Both the position numbers and the translations under genes were made by a program. The notes beneath the pieces are model-generated. The model did not search any database and was not told where the DNA came from. It worked only from the letters and a program-made list of their open reading frames with translations. Below are positions 39,809 to 56,801 of a DNA stretch of 64,000 bases, piece by piece. The stretch lies in NCBI RefSeq assembly GCF_009914755.1, contig NC_060942.1; one strand, written 5' to 3'. Numbering within the stretch: the first letter of the stretch is position 1; every line of letters starts with the position of its first letter. This DNA is from the human T2T-CHM13v2.0 reference genome, Homo sapiens.

Positions 39809-42489
39809 TTTCTGTGTCTGTCTGCTGAGGAGGCTTAGAAGGAATGACATTCCATTAGCAATGAGTATGCCTACTGCTCAGATCTTGTTTCCTAAATACC
39901 ATTCTCCAATAAAAGGAAGCAGCATTCATTGGTGAAATGGTTGATTCCAGGGTTAGGGCAGGGAAAATAAGACATAAGCTGGGAATATCTTATGCCAGAA
40001 AGTAAGGAAGTGCTCAAAAAGAGATGGGGCATGGCAAGGGACACAGGGCCCAGCCTGGAAGAGCTCCCAATGCCAAAGGTGGGAGAACTCAAGTAATACT
40101 ATAAAAAATGAGAAGATTAAACTAAATAAATATAGATTACTAGGTAGAATAAAATAAACATTCATTCATACTGTTATAAGTAAATAATTTAAAAAATATT
40201 GGTAGAGAAGGGACAGCTTCTTCTTACAGAATTCCAATTATTAAATATAGAAGGAATGAGAAAAATAGAAAATCAACATTTGGCAAATATCACACTAATT
40301 AGCAAGAACCAGAGAGGGATGCTAAAATGAGTAGGCAAAAGCACGATGAGAAACATGGTATCTGCATAGTTTCAAAGTATCTCCCCACAATATATTCATT
40401 ACTTACAAAGCAAAAAATTGTAACTTTATAGTGGAGAAACCACCTTAACCATGTGGTCAAGGCTAACAAGTAACAAGACCTACTGACATCATGTATACCA
40501 ATATGACACACACAGAAATATACAGCGTCCCTGCTGTTGTTCTTGCCAAGATTGAGTAATCGCAATGTAATCATAAGAAAACATCAGACAAACCTCAAAA
40601 CTGAGACACTTTCACAGACCAGAGGAGACCAAGCAGACATGATGACTAAATGCCGTGTAGGATTCTGCATTGGATCCCAGACAGAAAAAAAAGGACATTA
40701 GTGGGGAAGCTGCTGAAATTCAACTAAGATCTATAGTTTAGTTAACAGTATTGCATCAGTGTTAATTTTCTGCTTTTGGAAACAGGAGCGTTTGTATCAT
40801 GTAAAATGTTAACATTAAGGAAAGCTGGGTGAAGGATATATGGAAAACCTATGTTATCTTTATAATTTTCCATAGTCTAAAATTACTTTTTTAAAAAAAG
40901 GTATTAAAATTGACTCCTATGTATTTGCTGGGTCAGAGATCCAGAGTCAAATATGAGCAGATGCCCATGGCTCCCCTTCAGCTTCCTCCCATCTCAGCCT
41001 CACTGTGGTGAATTCACAATGATAGAATGATGCACTTCATTCATTGTCTCATTGTATGTCCAGTATTGTACCTCTATTCACCCAATCCTAGAAGACAGAA
41101 ATTAAAACATAATCATATTTTTAAAGTTTTTATCCACCAGCAATGAATAAAACTCTAATGGAAGCTAGAATAAAAAATTTGAAGCAAAACTGAAAGTGAC
41201 AACTATTTCAACCTCTTTAAAGATCAGAATAGAAAGAGAAATTGCTTGTGCATTCCAGGGCCACAGTGCCTTAGAAAACCAAAAGAACTGGAGTGAGAAG
41301 AAATGAGTCCCATCTGAGTCATTTGAATCTACTTGGTTTCCCAAAACTTTCTGCATAGCTGATCCATGATTCCTGATATTCTAGCTATATAAGTACTCCT
41401 CCCCACCCGCTCCCCAGTGATTGCCATCTACAACAAACAGGAAGTAGCTTTGTCAGAATTAGTTGGCCATTAGCTGGGTGGGAGTAAGGTGAGGGAAAAA
41501 CCAGGCGAGAGGAAGAGTGTGTGGGGGCAGAGAACTGGAAGAACCTTGGCTGGGAGGTAGTGGTGTCTGCTGACCCATGCACAGTAACTGGCAGGGTCCC
41601 AAACCCCTGCTGCAGAAGTTCCATGTGGCTTTTGGAGGGTTGGCTGGAGGGGTGTGGGATGGAGAGCTGCTACAAGCTGATCAAGCGGCTCTTTGAGGGA
41701 TGCAAAAGTTTAGAGAACTAACAAGTCTGTTCTTATGACACGTGGTCAGTAGTACATATACCTTTGCTAGTGGCGCCATAGGCAGACAAACAGAAGATGT
41801 CAATGTCCTTTCTGGGAAGAGCCCTTATGGGAAACTGACCAGGAGCCCCCCCGGGCCAAGTCACCACTAGCTGGACCATTAAATGAGTTCCAGCCTGAGG
41901 GGAGCCTCTGTTATGTACTTGGAGGCAAGGCAGGGCAGCCCAGCCCCAAGACCATATCCTATGATGGGTTAGGTTAACCAGCCTTGTGCATAGACACTCT
42001 AGGTCACCATGTACCTGGTTCTCTTGCCATTGGAAGGCCTGAAGCTTTGTTCCATTGCATCAGTAGTGCATGGATGTATGGCAGGTGCACCATCCCTTAG
42101 GGTGATTAGGTGCCTGAGTTACCTTTCCTCCTAACATGTCGATTTCAGTGGGGGAAGGGACAAGGAGGTCTCAGAGTCCTAGAGCACAGGAATTGGTGGG
42201 CATCCTGGCTGGGCCCTGAAGGGCATGCTGGGGAGCCTGCAGCCAAGAGGCCTTCAAGAAATAACTGGACATCCCTGGACAGAGAGGGAGATGTTGGCAA
42301 GGACAAACTTGGCCTGGGGCTGTGGCAGGTGAGGCTTTTGCCTGTCAGCAGCCTCTTCCAGCTGTGAGGCCTCCGTGGGGACTATGGAGTGGCACGGCAG
42401 ACCCAGAGTACTGGCTTGGGCAAAGGAAGGAGAAACTGCCATTCCCCTGTAGAAGAGTCCTCAAGGTGATACGTGGCAGAGATACATGG

Positions 42490-42697
42490 CAGGGGCCTGC
42501 TAACTACAGCCTGTGGGCCTATTCTGGCGGACTAATTGCCTCTTTTTTGCAAATAAAGTTTTATTGGAACACAGCCACACTCATTGTGCTTTCATGCTGC
42601 AATGGCAGGGTTGAGTAGTTGTAATGAAACCATACGGCCCACAAAACCTACAATATTTATTATCTGGCCTTTAATGGAAAAAGTTACCTGACCCCTG
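42490..42697. mobile_element. MER58A
   Basis: caggggc...aaataaagttttattggaacacagccacac...tgacccctg. Confidence 0.9.
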
Positions 42698-44924
42698 GTC
42701 TAGGGCATATTGGGTTCTATCTGTGCTTTCTAAAAAGATAAACTCCCTCTCAAAAAACTAAATTCTATTATGATGTTCCCCAAATCCTACCTCAACTGTT
42801 CTACCAAAAATTCCAGCGTCCAAGCCTCCACATCCCTCTCCAGCACCTAAGGAAGTCACAGCACTTCTGCAAGCACTGCTCCCTTCATCTATCATAGCAA
42901 GACCAGAAACAGCCACCTCTTAGGCCACTCTGGGGATGAGGCCCAAGAAATGAGTGAGTAGCCAGGAATAAAAGGAATGAGCTTGAATGGTGAGAATTCT
43001 GTGAAACCGCCAGTATGTGTATACATTTTAAATCATGAAATAGATGCGTTTTCTCTGCTAGATGACACACTTGGTTAACAACAACAACACATTGCAGACG
43101 GGTTTTCAGTGCAAGTTAAGCTGTTTATTTCTGGGGGTCCCCAGGGTCCCAGGCAGGAAGCAGAGGATTAACAAAAAAAGGTGTGAATTAGGGTGGAGGA
43201 GAGCAGACTCGTGAAGAGTTTCTGACAGCGCTGAGCTGTGTCCAAAATGAATTAGGCTTCCAGACATTGCACACTCGTTCTAAATTTAGACCTGGAGTCT
43301 GTGATTGACAAAGATGAATCCAACCTATGGCAGTCGCTGGGGATTTAGGATATAGACACGAAGTTTCTACAACTTTTACAAAGCCAACATGTAAGATACA
43401 CTCACTAGATTTTGGTCCTAGACTATGCCATTGTGAAAACCAAGTATTACAAAGCCAGATATTAAGCAGATACCAAAAAGTTCTAAGACACCACTTTCTC
43501 CCTCAAGGGCCATATAATCCAGCTAAGAAAACAGATATATGCACGTAAAAAGATAGCACTGCTCTGTGTATATAATTGGGATTAAGTTCAGTTGTGACTA
43601 AAACCCTCAAGACAAGCCAAAAAGTCCAGGGCTGATGGGGCCTCTCTCTCCCACGGAGCCCTCTGGGACTTGGGCTCCTTCCTCTAAGCCCTCCACCATC
43701 TCTAGGGAGTGTCCCCATCCTCTTGGTTAATGGCACAGCTGCATTCCAGGCAGCAGGGAGAGGCAGGAACTAAGAAGGGACCAAATAAAGTCGTTCAATT
43801 CAAAGTTTATTTGGGAGTCAAGTAAAGTTTACAGTGGGAGTACAAAACTAGAGATTTGTTTCAGGTCACACACTTTGCTTGTACAACCTCTAGATTGCGT
43901 AAGTTATGCCTTCATTTATATCTTTAACACCCTAAGCATATTGATCGAAGTCTTTGTCAGACGGTTCTATAAAATTAATTTCATCTGGAGTAAATTAGTA
44001 TTTTGAATATTAAATCTGTGAACTGTCTTTGTAAGCACTGGGCTTCTCCATGTGTTTTGGAATTCTGATGTACAGGCTTATTTTGAGGCTTGGAGTACTT
44101 GCTTTTTCATTTATTCTGTCTTTTTTCTCTGTACACATTCTCCCTTAACAAGCAGTTTTGTAACGGTCACCACTCAACCGTCTGGGTCCCCAGTACAGAA
44201 CTGGATCCTTGAATGGCAGTTGAGAGTGTCCTGCCCTGTGGGGATTTGAGGGTTCTGTGGATCTGGATGCAGAGGCAAAGGGTAGCTGGTCTCAGCTTCT
44301 GGTCGCAAAGCAATGTCTTGTTCTCCAGTCTCTTACATCTACAGCTTTTAGAAATTCCTGGCTCTTGGCAGAGGTTGGTCAGCCTAATTTCATGGGTAAG
44401 AAGGGAGCCCTACTCCGCTGCCTGCCTTCAGGTACTGAGGGTGTCTCTGGTCCCTTCTACTATCTTGAATAGAGCTCCTTTTGTCCTCCTTTCCCCAGCT
44501 TCCACCGCCTGTCTCCAGACCTGAAGCCCAGCAGGCTGCAGCTTCAGCTCTGTTCACCCCTCTGTGCTCCTATTGCTTGTCCACAAAGATGTTAATCTCA
44601 TTTATGAGTCTGGAGAAGTCTTTGGTTATCTTTTAAAAATATTGTGTCTGTCAACACTTAGTGATCAAAGAGTGAATGCATGGCACCCTTTTGTCAGGAA
44701 GTTCCCACAGTCCTTAAGATCCAAAGGAGTGGTCCTGCTCAAAGGGGAAAGAGGGGGAAGAGATTCCCAAGGCCAAACTATCAGGATTTATGGAGGGGAA
44801 ATGACCTGACTTGGACAAATAGGATTAGGATGGGTGGAAAGAAGCAGAGAAGGCCATCCAGGCCAGAGACACATGGGACATGGTGGGGGATGTTTGTGTT
44901 AGATCATCCTGGCTAGAGCCAGTT

Positions 44925-45150
44925 CCCTGCTACATATTCTCATGCTGAGCTGGTCTTCTCCTTCACAGGACTTATCACCATAGTTATTGATTATGTGTTT
45001 GTGTGTTTGTGTGATTATTTGATTAATGTGCATCTCGTCCTGTACTGTCAGGTCCATGAGGGCAGAGATCATATGCGTGCCCAGTTGGATCCCAAGCACC
45101 AATTTTGGTAGTTAGTCCAGGCTTGGTGAAAAAGAAATGAATGAATAAAG
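44925..45150 (+). mobile_element. L2 3' end
   Basis: ctgtcaggtccatgagggcagaga...aatgaatgaat. Confidence 0.7.
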
Positions 45151-45485
45151 CTGCAGAGATGGGTGTGGGGTGGCCCGCGATCTGGCTGTTAGGAGTTTGA
45201 AATCTTTTGGAAGATATTAATTTAAACAATTACTGTATGGATTCCAGTGGAGGGGCACATGCTTGCTTTGGGCTTCTCCTAGGCTGCCAGGTTACTGTAA
45301 GGACTGTCTGAGGAAAGTAAGCTCTGGGGAAGAAGGCATGGGACCCAGCCATGCCAGGCCAACCCATCAGCAGACCCCAAAGAAAAGTGGACAAAGAAAC
45401 ACAAGAGTTTTTAAGGAGATATTTGATATAGACAGCAGAAGTTGGCTTTTATTATTTAAAATTTCTGATTTAGTTTTAATGAGAA

Positions 45486-46003
45486 TTTTTTTTAAGACAG
45501 GGTCTCACTCTGTCACCCAGGCTGGAGTGCAGTGGTCTGAAAGCAGCTCACTGCAGCCTTGACCTCTGGGACACAGCGATCCCTCTGTCTCAGTCTCCCA
45601 AGTAGCTGGGACCACAGGTGCGTGCCACTGTGCCCAGCTAACTTTTTTATTTTTGTAGAGATGGAGGTCTCACTTTGTTATCCAGGCTGGTCTTGAACTT
45701 CTGGACTCAAGCAACCTTCCAGCCTTGGCCTCCCAAAGTGCTGGGATTATAGGGGTGAGCAGAGTAAGCATTTTTAGAAAGAATTTTATTTTACCATTAA
45801 TTATTTTGTTTCCATTACTTTGCTTTTTTCTTTCTTTCTTTCTTTTCTTTTCTTTTTGGAGACAGGGCCTTGCTCTGTTGTCCAGGTTGGAGTACAGTGG
45901 TGTAATCATGGCTCACTGCAGCCTCAAACTCCTGGCCTCAATTGATTCTCCTGCCTCAGCTTCCCAAACTCTTGGGATTACAGGCGTGAGCCACCACGCC
46001 TAA
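45486..46003 (-). mobile_element. AluJ (45486-45770) plus Alu right monomer (45825-46003)
   Basis: Antisense Alu text with T-rich tails. Confidence 0.9.
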
Positions 46004-46009
46004 CCTACA

Positions 46010-47653
46010 TTTCTTTATGCAAATTCAAGTTTTATTTCCGTATCACGTTCCTGTACCTGAATAACTTCTTTTAAAATTTCTTGTGTTGTGAGGTCTGCTG
46101 ACAATGAATTCTCTGTTTTTGTCTGAGAAAGTCTTTATCTTTCCTTTATTTTGGAAGTGATTTTCACTGGGTATAGATTACTGGGTTGACAGTTTGTTTC
46201 TTTTTTCTTTCAGTGTTTTAAAGCTGTCACTCTATCATCTTCTGACTTGCATGGCTCCTGACAAGAGATCTGCTATAATTCTTTGTTCCTCTGTATATAA
46301 TGTGTTTTTTCATTCTACATTTTTTTTTATTTTCAAGATATTCTCTTTTTTATTTTCAGCAGTCATAATATGGTATGCCTAGATGTGTATATGTATGTGT
46401 ATTTTCTGGTGTTATTTAACCTGGTATTCACTGAGCTTTACGGATCTGTGGCTTAGTGTCTGTCATGATTATTGGAAAATTCTCAGCCATCATTTCTTCA
46501 AATATTTCTCCTATCTTATTCTCTTTTTTCATGTATTTCTTGGACTGTAATTACATGTATATTAGGATCTTTAATATTGTCCTGAAGCTTTCGGATGTTC
46601 TGTTCTCTGTTTTTCCCTCAGTCTTTTCTTTGTGTTTCAGTTTGGGTAATTTCTATAGCACTATCTTTAACTGATTCTTTCCTCAGCTGTGTCAATTCTA
46701 TTAATGAGCTCATTGCAGACATTATTTCTGTTACTGTGTTTTCATTTCCAGCATTTCCATAGATTCTTTCATATAGTTTCTATATTTTTGCTGAAAGGAC
46801 CTTTCTAATCTTGCATATTGTCCTTCTTTTCCATCAGAGCCTTTAATATATTCATCATGATTGTTTTAAGTTCCCTGTCAGGTAGTTTCAGTGTCTGTGT
46901 TGTATCTGGTTCTGTAGAAGCTCTTCTGTTCTGTTGATGGCTGTGGTGTGGAGCTAGTGTGTAGTTCTGGGCCTGGAACATATTCCTGCTCCTCCCCCAG
47001 GGTACAGGTTCTTTCTCATCCCTTACTCCAGGTCTAAAGGGTTTCCACTGGTGCCTTCATGGCAATGGTGTTGCCCTTTCCTCTAGAGATCAAAGCTTTT
47101 ATCCATAGGGGAGTTGGAAGAGAGACATCTGGGTGGGGTTTTGTGTCCCTCCTGCTGTGGCTGCTGTCCCAGTCCCTCAGGCCTGTATCATGAGGGATGC
47201 ATTCTCGTACCCTCCCCCACCCGCCTGGGGTCATGGGGGAAAGCCTGGAAAAGGGTGCAAACTCTTGCTTCAGACTTCCCACTTTCTTGCCCACCCACAC
47301 TCCATCCCTACCAGTTCATTAAGTATTCCAGCTGAATCCCACACTCCATCCCTACCAGTTCATTAAGTATTCCAGCTGAATCCCACACTCTATCCCTACC
47401 AGTTCATTAAGTATTCCAGTTGAATCCTTACTGCTGTGCATCTGCGGGGCCCCAGGTGCACCAGTGTTCACGTCCCATCTCTTCTTGTGGGCACCTGTCT
47501 CTTCTTAGATTTCAGGATAGTTGATTGAACCTGAGCTCTCTGATGGCTTCAATGAGAGCTCTAAACTTGCAGGTTTTCCAGCTTTTTTGTTGTTGTAAAG
47601 GTGTGGGCAATGTTCTTTCCAGATTGCTGCATCTAGAGCAGAAACTGGGAGTC
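46010..47653 (-). mobile_element. Old L1M ORF1/5'UTR remnant
   Basis: ggtctgctgacaatgaattctc...ttcactgggtatag...ggaaaattctcagccat...; ends gagcagaaactgggagtc. Confidence 0.75.
47294..47427. repeat. 44-bp minisatellite, 3 copies
   Basis: cccacactccatccctaccagttcattaagtattccagctgaat x3; copies 1 and 2 identical, copy 3 has 2 substitutions. Confidence 0.97.
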
Positions 47654-48423
47654 AGAATTGAGTTAACTTAAAGGAAAAGATAGGGAAAAATCAGTGTTTG
47701 TGGACTAAATTGGTAACCACTTCTCTTGTAGGATATTGCCATTAGGTCCTTCTAATCCTGTGAGGTAAGTAATCACCATTCCCATTTACAGATGAGGTTC
47801 TGAGAGGATGAGAAAGGATCTGGGGTTCCTCTCTGGTCCTGCCTGATTGCATGGGAACAGCTGCCCTCTGCTGCCTTCTGAGGCTGTGAAGTGCGAGTGT
47901 GAGATTAGAAAGGAACCTGTGGAAGGGGGCGGCGTGGCCCTCTGTCCTCAGCCTGCAGTAAAGCCAGCTTGCATGGACTGGGCTTGGTGAGTTTAGGGAA
48001 ATGAGGGAGGAACTGGCATGGCTTGGGTGGGCTGAGATTCTGGCTGGGACTCACACAGGGACTCAGCAGGAAGTAGATTGTAGGGAAAAATAGCACTAAT
48101 GGCTGGAGAGACCTGGATGGCTTTCCAGCGAGTCCCTTGCTGCCCATGTGAGAGACATCAGAGTCCTCACAGCCTTGGAATGTGGCTCAGTCCCAGGGCC
48201 GGGATGGAGTGTTTGCCAGTGTCAGGGAATCCAGACTTGGCCTTGTGTGTGGAGATTGGCGGTGGGGAACTGTGTATGGGAAAAGCACAAATGGAGATGG
48301 AGCTGCTGGGGAATGACCCCGAAGCTTCTGCTCAGTCAGAGCCTGCTCTCCCTCCCTCTGAAGCATTCCCAGGCCCACATGCCAAGACAAAGGATAGGAC
48401 TGTACCTCCTTCCTTACTCACAG

Positions 48424-48900
48424 ACACACACACACACACACACACACACATAATCCTTTTGTGACTTCCCTTTGAGGTTTTCAATTATGTATTTATTCAT
48501 TCATTTATATATTCCTTTATTCATTCAATAAATATTCATTACTGCCAAGTTCTGCACCCTGGGTAACCTGATCTTCCTGAGTGAAGGGGGTAGGGATGTG
48601 GAAAGCTTGCAGCTTAGTGGCCCTTGGTGCTCTGCTCCCCTCAGAGATGACCCGAGGAAGGGCCTGAGTGTGGGAAGGAGCAAGGATCAGTTTTCCCGAA
48701 CCCCTTCAAGTAAGTAATGCACAGGTGTTACCTGGGTGGCTTGCCAGGTGCCAGAACCCTGCTGGGGGCATGCACAAGCTTCAGCTTCAAGCACACCTCT
48801 CCCTACACAAAAAACCACAGATCCTCAGCATGCTATTAGCACTGTGCAGTCCTGTCCTAACCTCCTCCTCCTCCTCCTCCTCTTCCTCCTCCTCCTCTCT
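48424..48900. repeat. (CA)n at 48424-48450 and (CCT)n at 48861-48900
   Basis: Seen directly. Confidence 0.9.
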
Positions 48901-49086
48901 CCCCACCCCCAGCAGACCAGTCTGCTGGACCGCTTGTTTGCAAGGCTGGTCTTCCACTTCAGGCCTCTAAGCTTGCCTTCTTCCCCTCTGTGCATCCAAA
49001 CCGCCATGCCCTTCAAGGCTCAGCTTCAATGCCACCCTCTCCAGGAAGCCTTCTCTGAATCCTCCAATGAGAATTAATCAGGCTAA

Positions 49087-49407
<321 letters not shown>

Positions 49408-51865
49408 TGACTGTCACATCAGATGGCTTGTACCTCTCTCACACATGTGCCTCATTTGGTCCTGTCTTGCTAGAGCCTGACTCCCGGGTTGTACTCAGCA
49501 ACAGAACTGTGGCCAGGCCATCTCCGGTATAAGCCTTTCCGGGTCTTCCTATTGCTCTCAAGATCAAGTTCGAACCTGCATATCTCGTGTGACCTCACCT
49601 CTCTCTTCTGCCTCATCTGTAACCTCTTGAGAGCAGGGACTAGGGCATAACATGTTTTATTCCTGAGAGTTTCTAATACATTTCCTGGCACATAGTAAAT
49701 ATATGTACTCAATAAATATATGTCAAAATGAAATGAAATTCTAGTTGAATAATTGATTTCTACAAGCCAAGGATAAGCCTGCTTCCACATAGGGAAAAAA
49801 CAGACTGGCCTGATGCTCCCCCTTCCTCACTCCATATTTCTTTAGTGTCATTCAGGAAATAAGTTTTGAGTTATAATTATTTGGCAAAATATTCAGATGA
49901 GCATCAGTCATGAGTTCTATAACCAGCAAATTCTCGACATCGGCAATGGAACCGCTGCTGGTTGTTTCCCGTCTTTTTTGGAATAACAACAAAATTTTCT
50001 GCCAGCCTTTGTCATGGACAGTCTGTTAAGAAAGCAAGTAAAAAGTCCCTTTGTTGTTTTTCAGGTGTCTTGGGAAGAAGGGTCCTTGGAGCCGAAGATG
50101 ATTTTGGGGAGTGAAAGAGACCGCCTTTTCCTGGTAATAGCAGAGCCAAAACTCCAGCCTTCAACCCACAGACCGGGGCCTGTCCCCAGGCATCGCCACC
50201 CACCCCATGGCCTCATCGTCATCTGTGACTTTTGCCTCCCTGCATCTCAGTTTCCATGCCTGTCAAGTGGAGATATAATACCTCATTCTGGGGAGATACA
50301 ATGAAGCACTGCTGGTAAAAAGTACACGTGCTATACAAAATTAGGAAATCCTTGTCACCAGACTTAGAGAAAAATACAAAGTGGAGTTGACTCCCAGGTT
50401 GGAGACACAGCTTCCCAGGTAAGGACATGGCTCAGTTTTCACCACGCTGAGCTGCTGCCTGAACCCAGGGTGTTGGAACCCGGGGCTGGCCTCTCAGCCC
50501 TGGCCACACGTGCTGGGTTTCAGGTCACGCATGCAGCCAGTTCACCACACCTCCGCTCACCCAGCGAGCTGACTGAAGCTCTGCCCTGACAGATTTCTGT
50601 CTGCTCGAGCCATTTTGTCTTTCTCGTTCTCTCATGAAAATGCCAATGCTGGCCAAAGACAGAAGCAACCAGGGTCCCCTAACTCTTAAAGGCATCAGGA
50701 TCACCTGGGGATCTTATTAAAAAGGCAGGCTCTGGGGTCCCTAACTCAGAGGTTCATGGTGGGTCAGCTGTTGAGGTGGGACCAAGGGATGTGTGTAGTT
50801 AGCAGCTGCTCAATTTGCTAGGGAGCCAGAGAGCAGGCCGCTGTGGAGGAGCCTTATGTCTGGATCAAGAAAGGGGCCCTCGGAGGGGAAATGGAGCTCC
50901 AGCAAAGAGATGCGCAGCCAGGATTAGGGGTACGAAGCCGGGATGGATGGAGTGACTTCCGCAAAGACAAGTCAGGGCTTCCTCCTGGGCTTAGGCCGGA
51001 GGAGTTAGGGGAGTGACAGCGTGGACCCAGGAAAGGGGAGCTCAGAGGGGCCAAACCTGGAGGCCACCATGCTGCAACTCACCTCAAACAGCTGGGTAAA
51101 CTGAGGCAAACTAGCTCATCCCCTGTCCTCAGGATGTAGTGCCTAGGAGCCTGCCAGGCTGGAGGGCCTGGAGGAAGAGCCTTTCATTTTCCTTGTAGGA
51201 GCAGTGAGATGAGGCTGGGCCCTGAGAATCCTTCACTCTCTCCCTCTCCTGGAGGGCAAAAGACAGGCCTGATTACCTGTCCCCTCCAGCACTGTTTGGC
51301 TCAGATGTATGCTAGCGGAGCGGGGAGTGGGTCCACTGGGACTCCTGGAAGACCACTTTGCAGCTCTGGAACGTCCCCTGGCAGTGCCTTCCTGACCCCT
51401 TGGCCTCAATTGTCTGCTCTGTCCGGCTTCATGGGCTTCTAAAGGAAATGTCTACATATTTGAGACATGATTCTATCTGATGCCAGCCTGATACTTCCAG
51501 CAGCTTCTTCACTCCCCAGAAGCTGAAAATGATGACTTGAAGAGGCCATGGTCACGGGCCTGAACCCAGGCCTGGGAAGTGCAGGCTTAGCATCTAGTCC
51601 ACTAACCTTGGCCATGGGCTATGGCAACCTTGGTTTTCATCATCTATAAAATGATGGGGCTGGGGAGAGTAAGAAGGAGAATTCGACTTTCAAACTTTTC
51701 TTTTCTTGACTGTGGAAACCTTTCTTCAAGAAAAGCTGACAGAGGAAGCAAATATCTGAGGATCCTCTTGGAGCTGCTGCTGTGTTTGAAATGGGAACTG
51801 GAACATCAGGCTCCACGCTCCTTCCTCAGTCTAGGCAGAAAGCCCAGGGCTCTTTTGGGCCTGTT

Positions 51866-52160
<295 letters not shown>

Positions 52161-52169
52161 CAGGGCCTA

Positions 52170-53170
<1,001 letters not shown>

Positions 53171-53204
53171 AATGCCAACAGATTTTTTCATCTTAGAGAA
53201 CTAG

Positions 53205-53925
<721 letters not shown>

Positions 53926-55149
53926 TCAGTCACCCAGCTGGGGAGAGGCACTGGAGGTTTCTGGAAAGGTACAGGTGAAAACCCCTTTACCCTTTTGCTG
54001 TCAAATAGCATGAGAACTCCGTCTTCTATTTTCCAGTGGCTGCAAAGCAAGAGTTCCTTAGTTTCACGTTTGCTATATCCTCACCCAGCAGGGCTGGTTG
54101 TGCTCCAATTAATGAGCCTTCAAAAAGCCCAACACTCTCCTCTCCACTCCCAGTTTTGTTCTTTAATCTTCAGATTGTCTTTTTGCGGGGCTGGCTCCCA
54201 CCTGGGGCTCGCTGAAGACAAGCACCCTGAGGACCTGTCCCCTGGGAGCTGCTTCTCCGGGAAAGGGGCCACAGTAGTATGGGCAGCAGACTGGGTAGGG
54301 GCGCTAGGTTGCAGATTTTCCAAACATTTGACTGAAATGAAAAAAAAAACAGACTTGTGCTGCCAGGTATAAAAGAGAGAAGCCAGGCAGGCATCCGTCT
54401 CTGCCAGGAGCCTTTAAGTGCTTGGCAGAGACTCAGAGATTTACCAGGAAAGCACTAATCAAGTGCTTTGGTTTGATTGCTTTGTTTTAAAAAGTCCTTT
54501 CCTAGTACCTGTATGTGCTGAGTGCTGTGCTGGGTGCTGGGAACTGTGCAGTAAGCTCATGATTGAGTGGGCATGGTCCAATGAGAGATAAGCCCGGGGG
54601 CTGTGGGGCATCATGTGGGTGAAGGCGGTCATGTGCTACTTTGAGGCCACGCCAGACACTTTCTAAATTCCTGCATTCTTCCAAAATGTTAGGAATTAAA
54701 GCAAGGGGAGGTTCTCTTGGCCCAGAATCATCAGGCAGGGAGGACGTGGGAAACCATGAAGGAGAGGAAGAAATGGTCAGCCCAGAGGGAAAGCCAGAAA
54801 TCAATCTAGTATGAGAAATAGAGTTTAATCTGATTGGCCACAGTGCTCAATATGACAACAATTATGTAAAAGTTGAATACAAAACAGAAATATGTGAATT
54901 CCGCACAGATATATCCACTATTGGAAATGCATATGAGCTATCTATGGGGTATGCCTCAAACTGAAGATAATGGTTACGTTGAGGGCATGGCGTAATCAAG
55001 AAGGACTTTTGCTTTATCTATATTGTTTGAATATTTTATAATTAACTTTCCAAGATATCTGTGAATTTTTCTTTTATGTACTTTTTCAATTTTTTTTTTT
55101 TTGCTTCTGAATGACAAATACGCCATATTTTTCAGTTTTCTTGTATTTT

Positions 55150-56410
<1,261 letters not shown>

Positions 56411-56453
56411 TGTGGATCCGTAAATTTTTAGTAATATTTAAAAGATTTCAGCA

Positions 56454-56801
<348 letters not shown>

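Larger units (their letters stand above)
36965..40908 (+). mobile_element. Old L1M (L1MC-like) ORF2 remnant and 3'UTR, multiply interrupted
   Basis: Degenerate RT motif tttgcagacaatatg (FADDM) at ~37440, ORF2-like text 38250-39560, L1MC 3'UTR 39565-40908 with (TG)n at 39770-39806. Confidence 0.8.

Noticed and set aside
47294-47427. CRISPR-like direct repeats
   Set aside because: Head-to-tail units with no unique spacers, no cas genes, primate context
49921-49980. 8-bp hairpin followed by T6, resembling a Pol III small RNA
   Set aside because: No A/B box and no similarity to Y, vault, U6 or 7SK RNA that I can see
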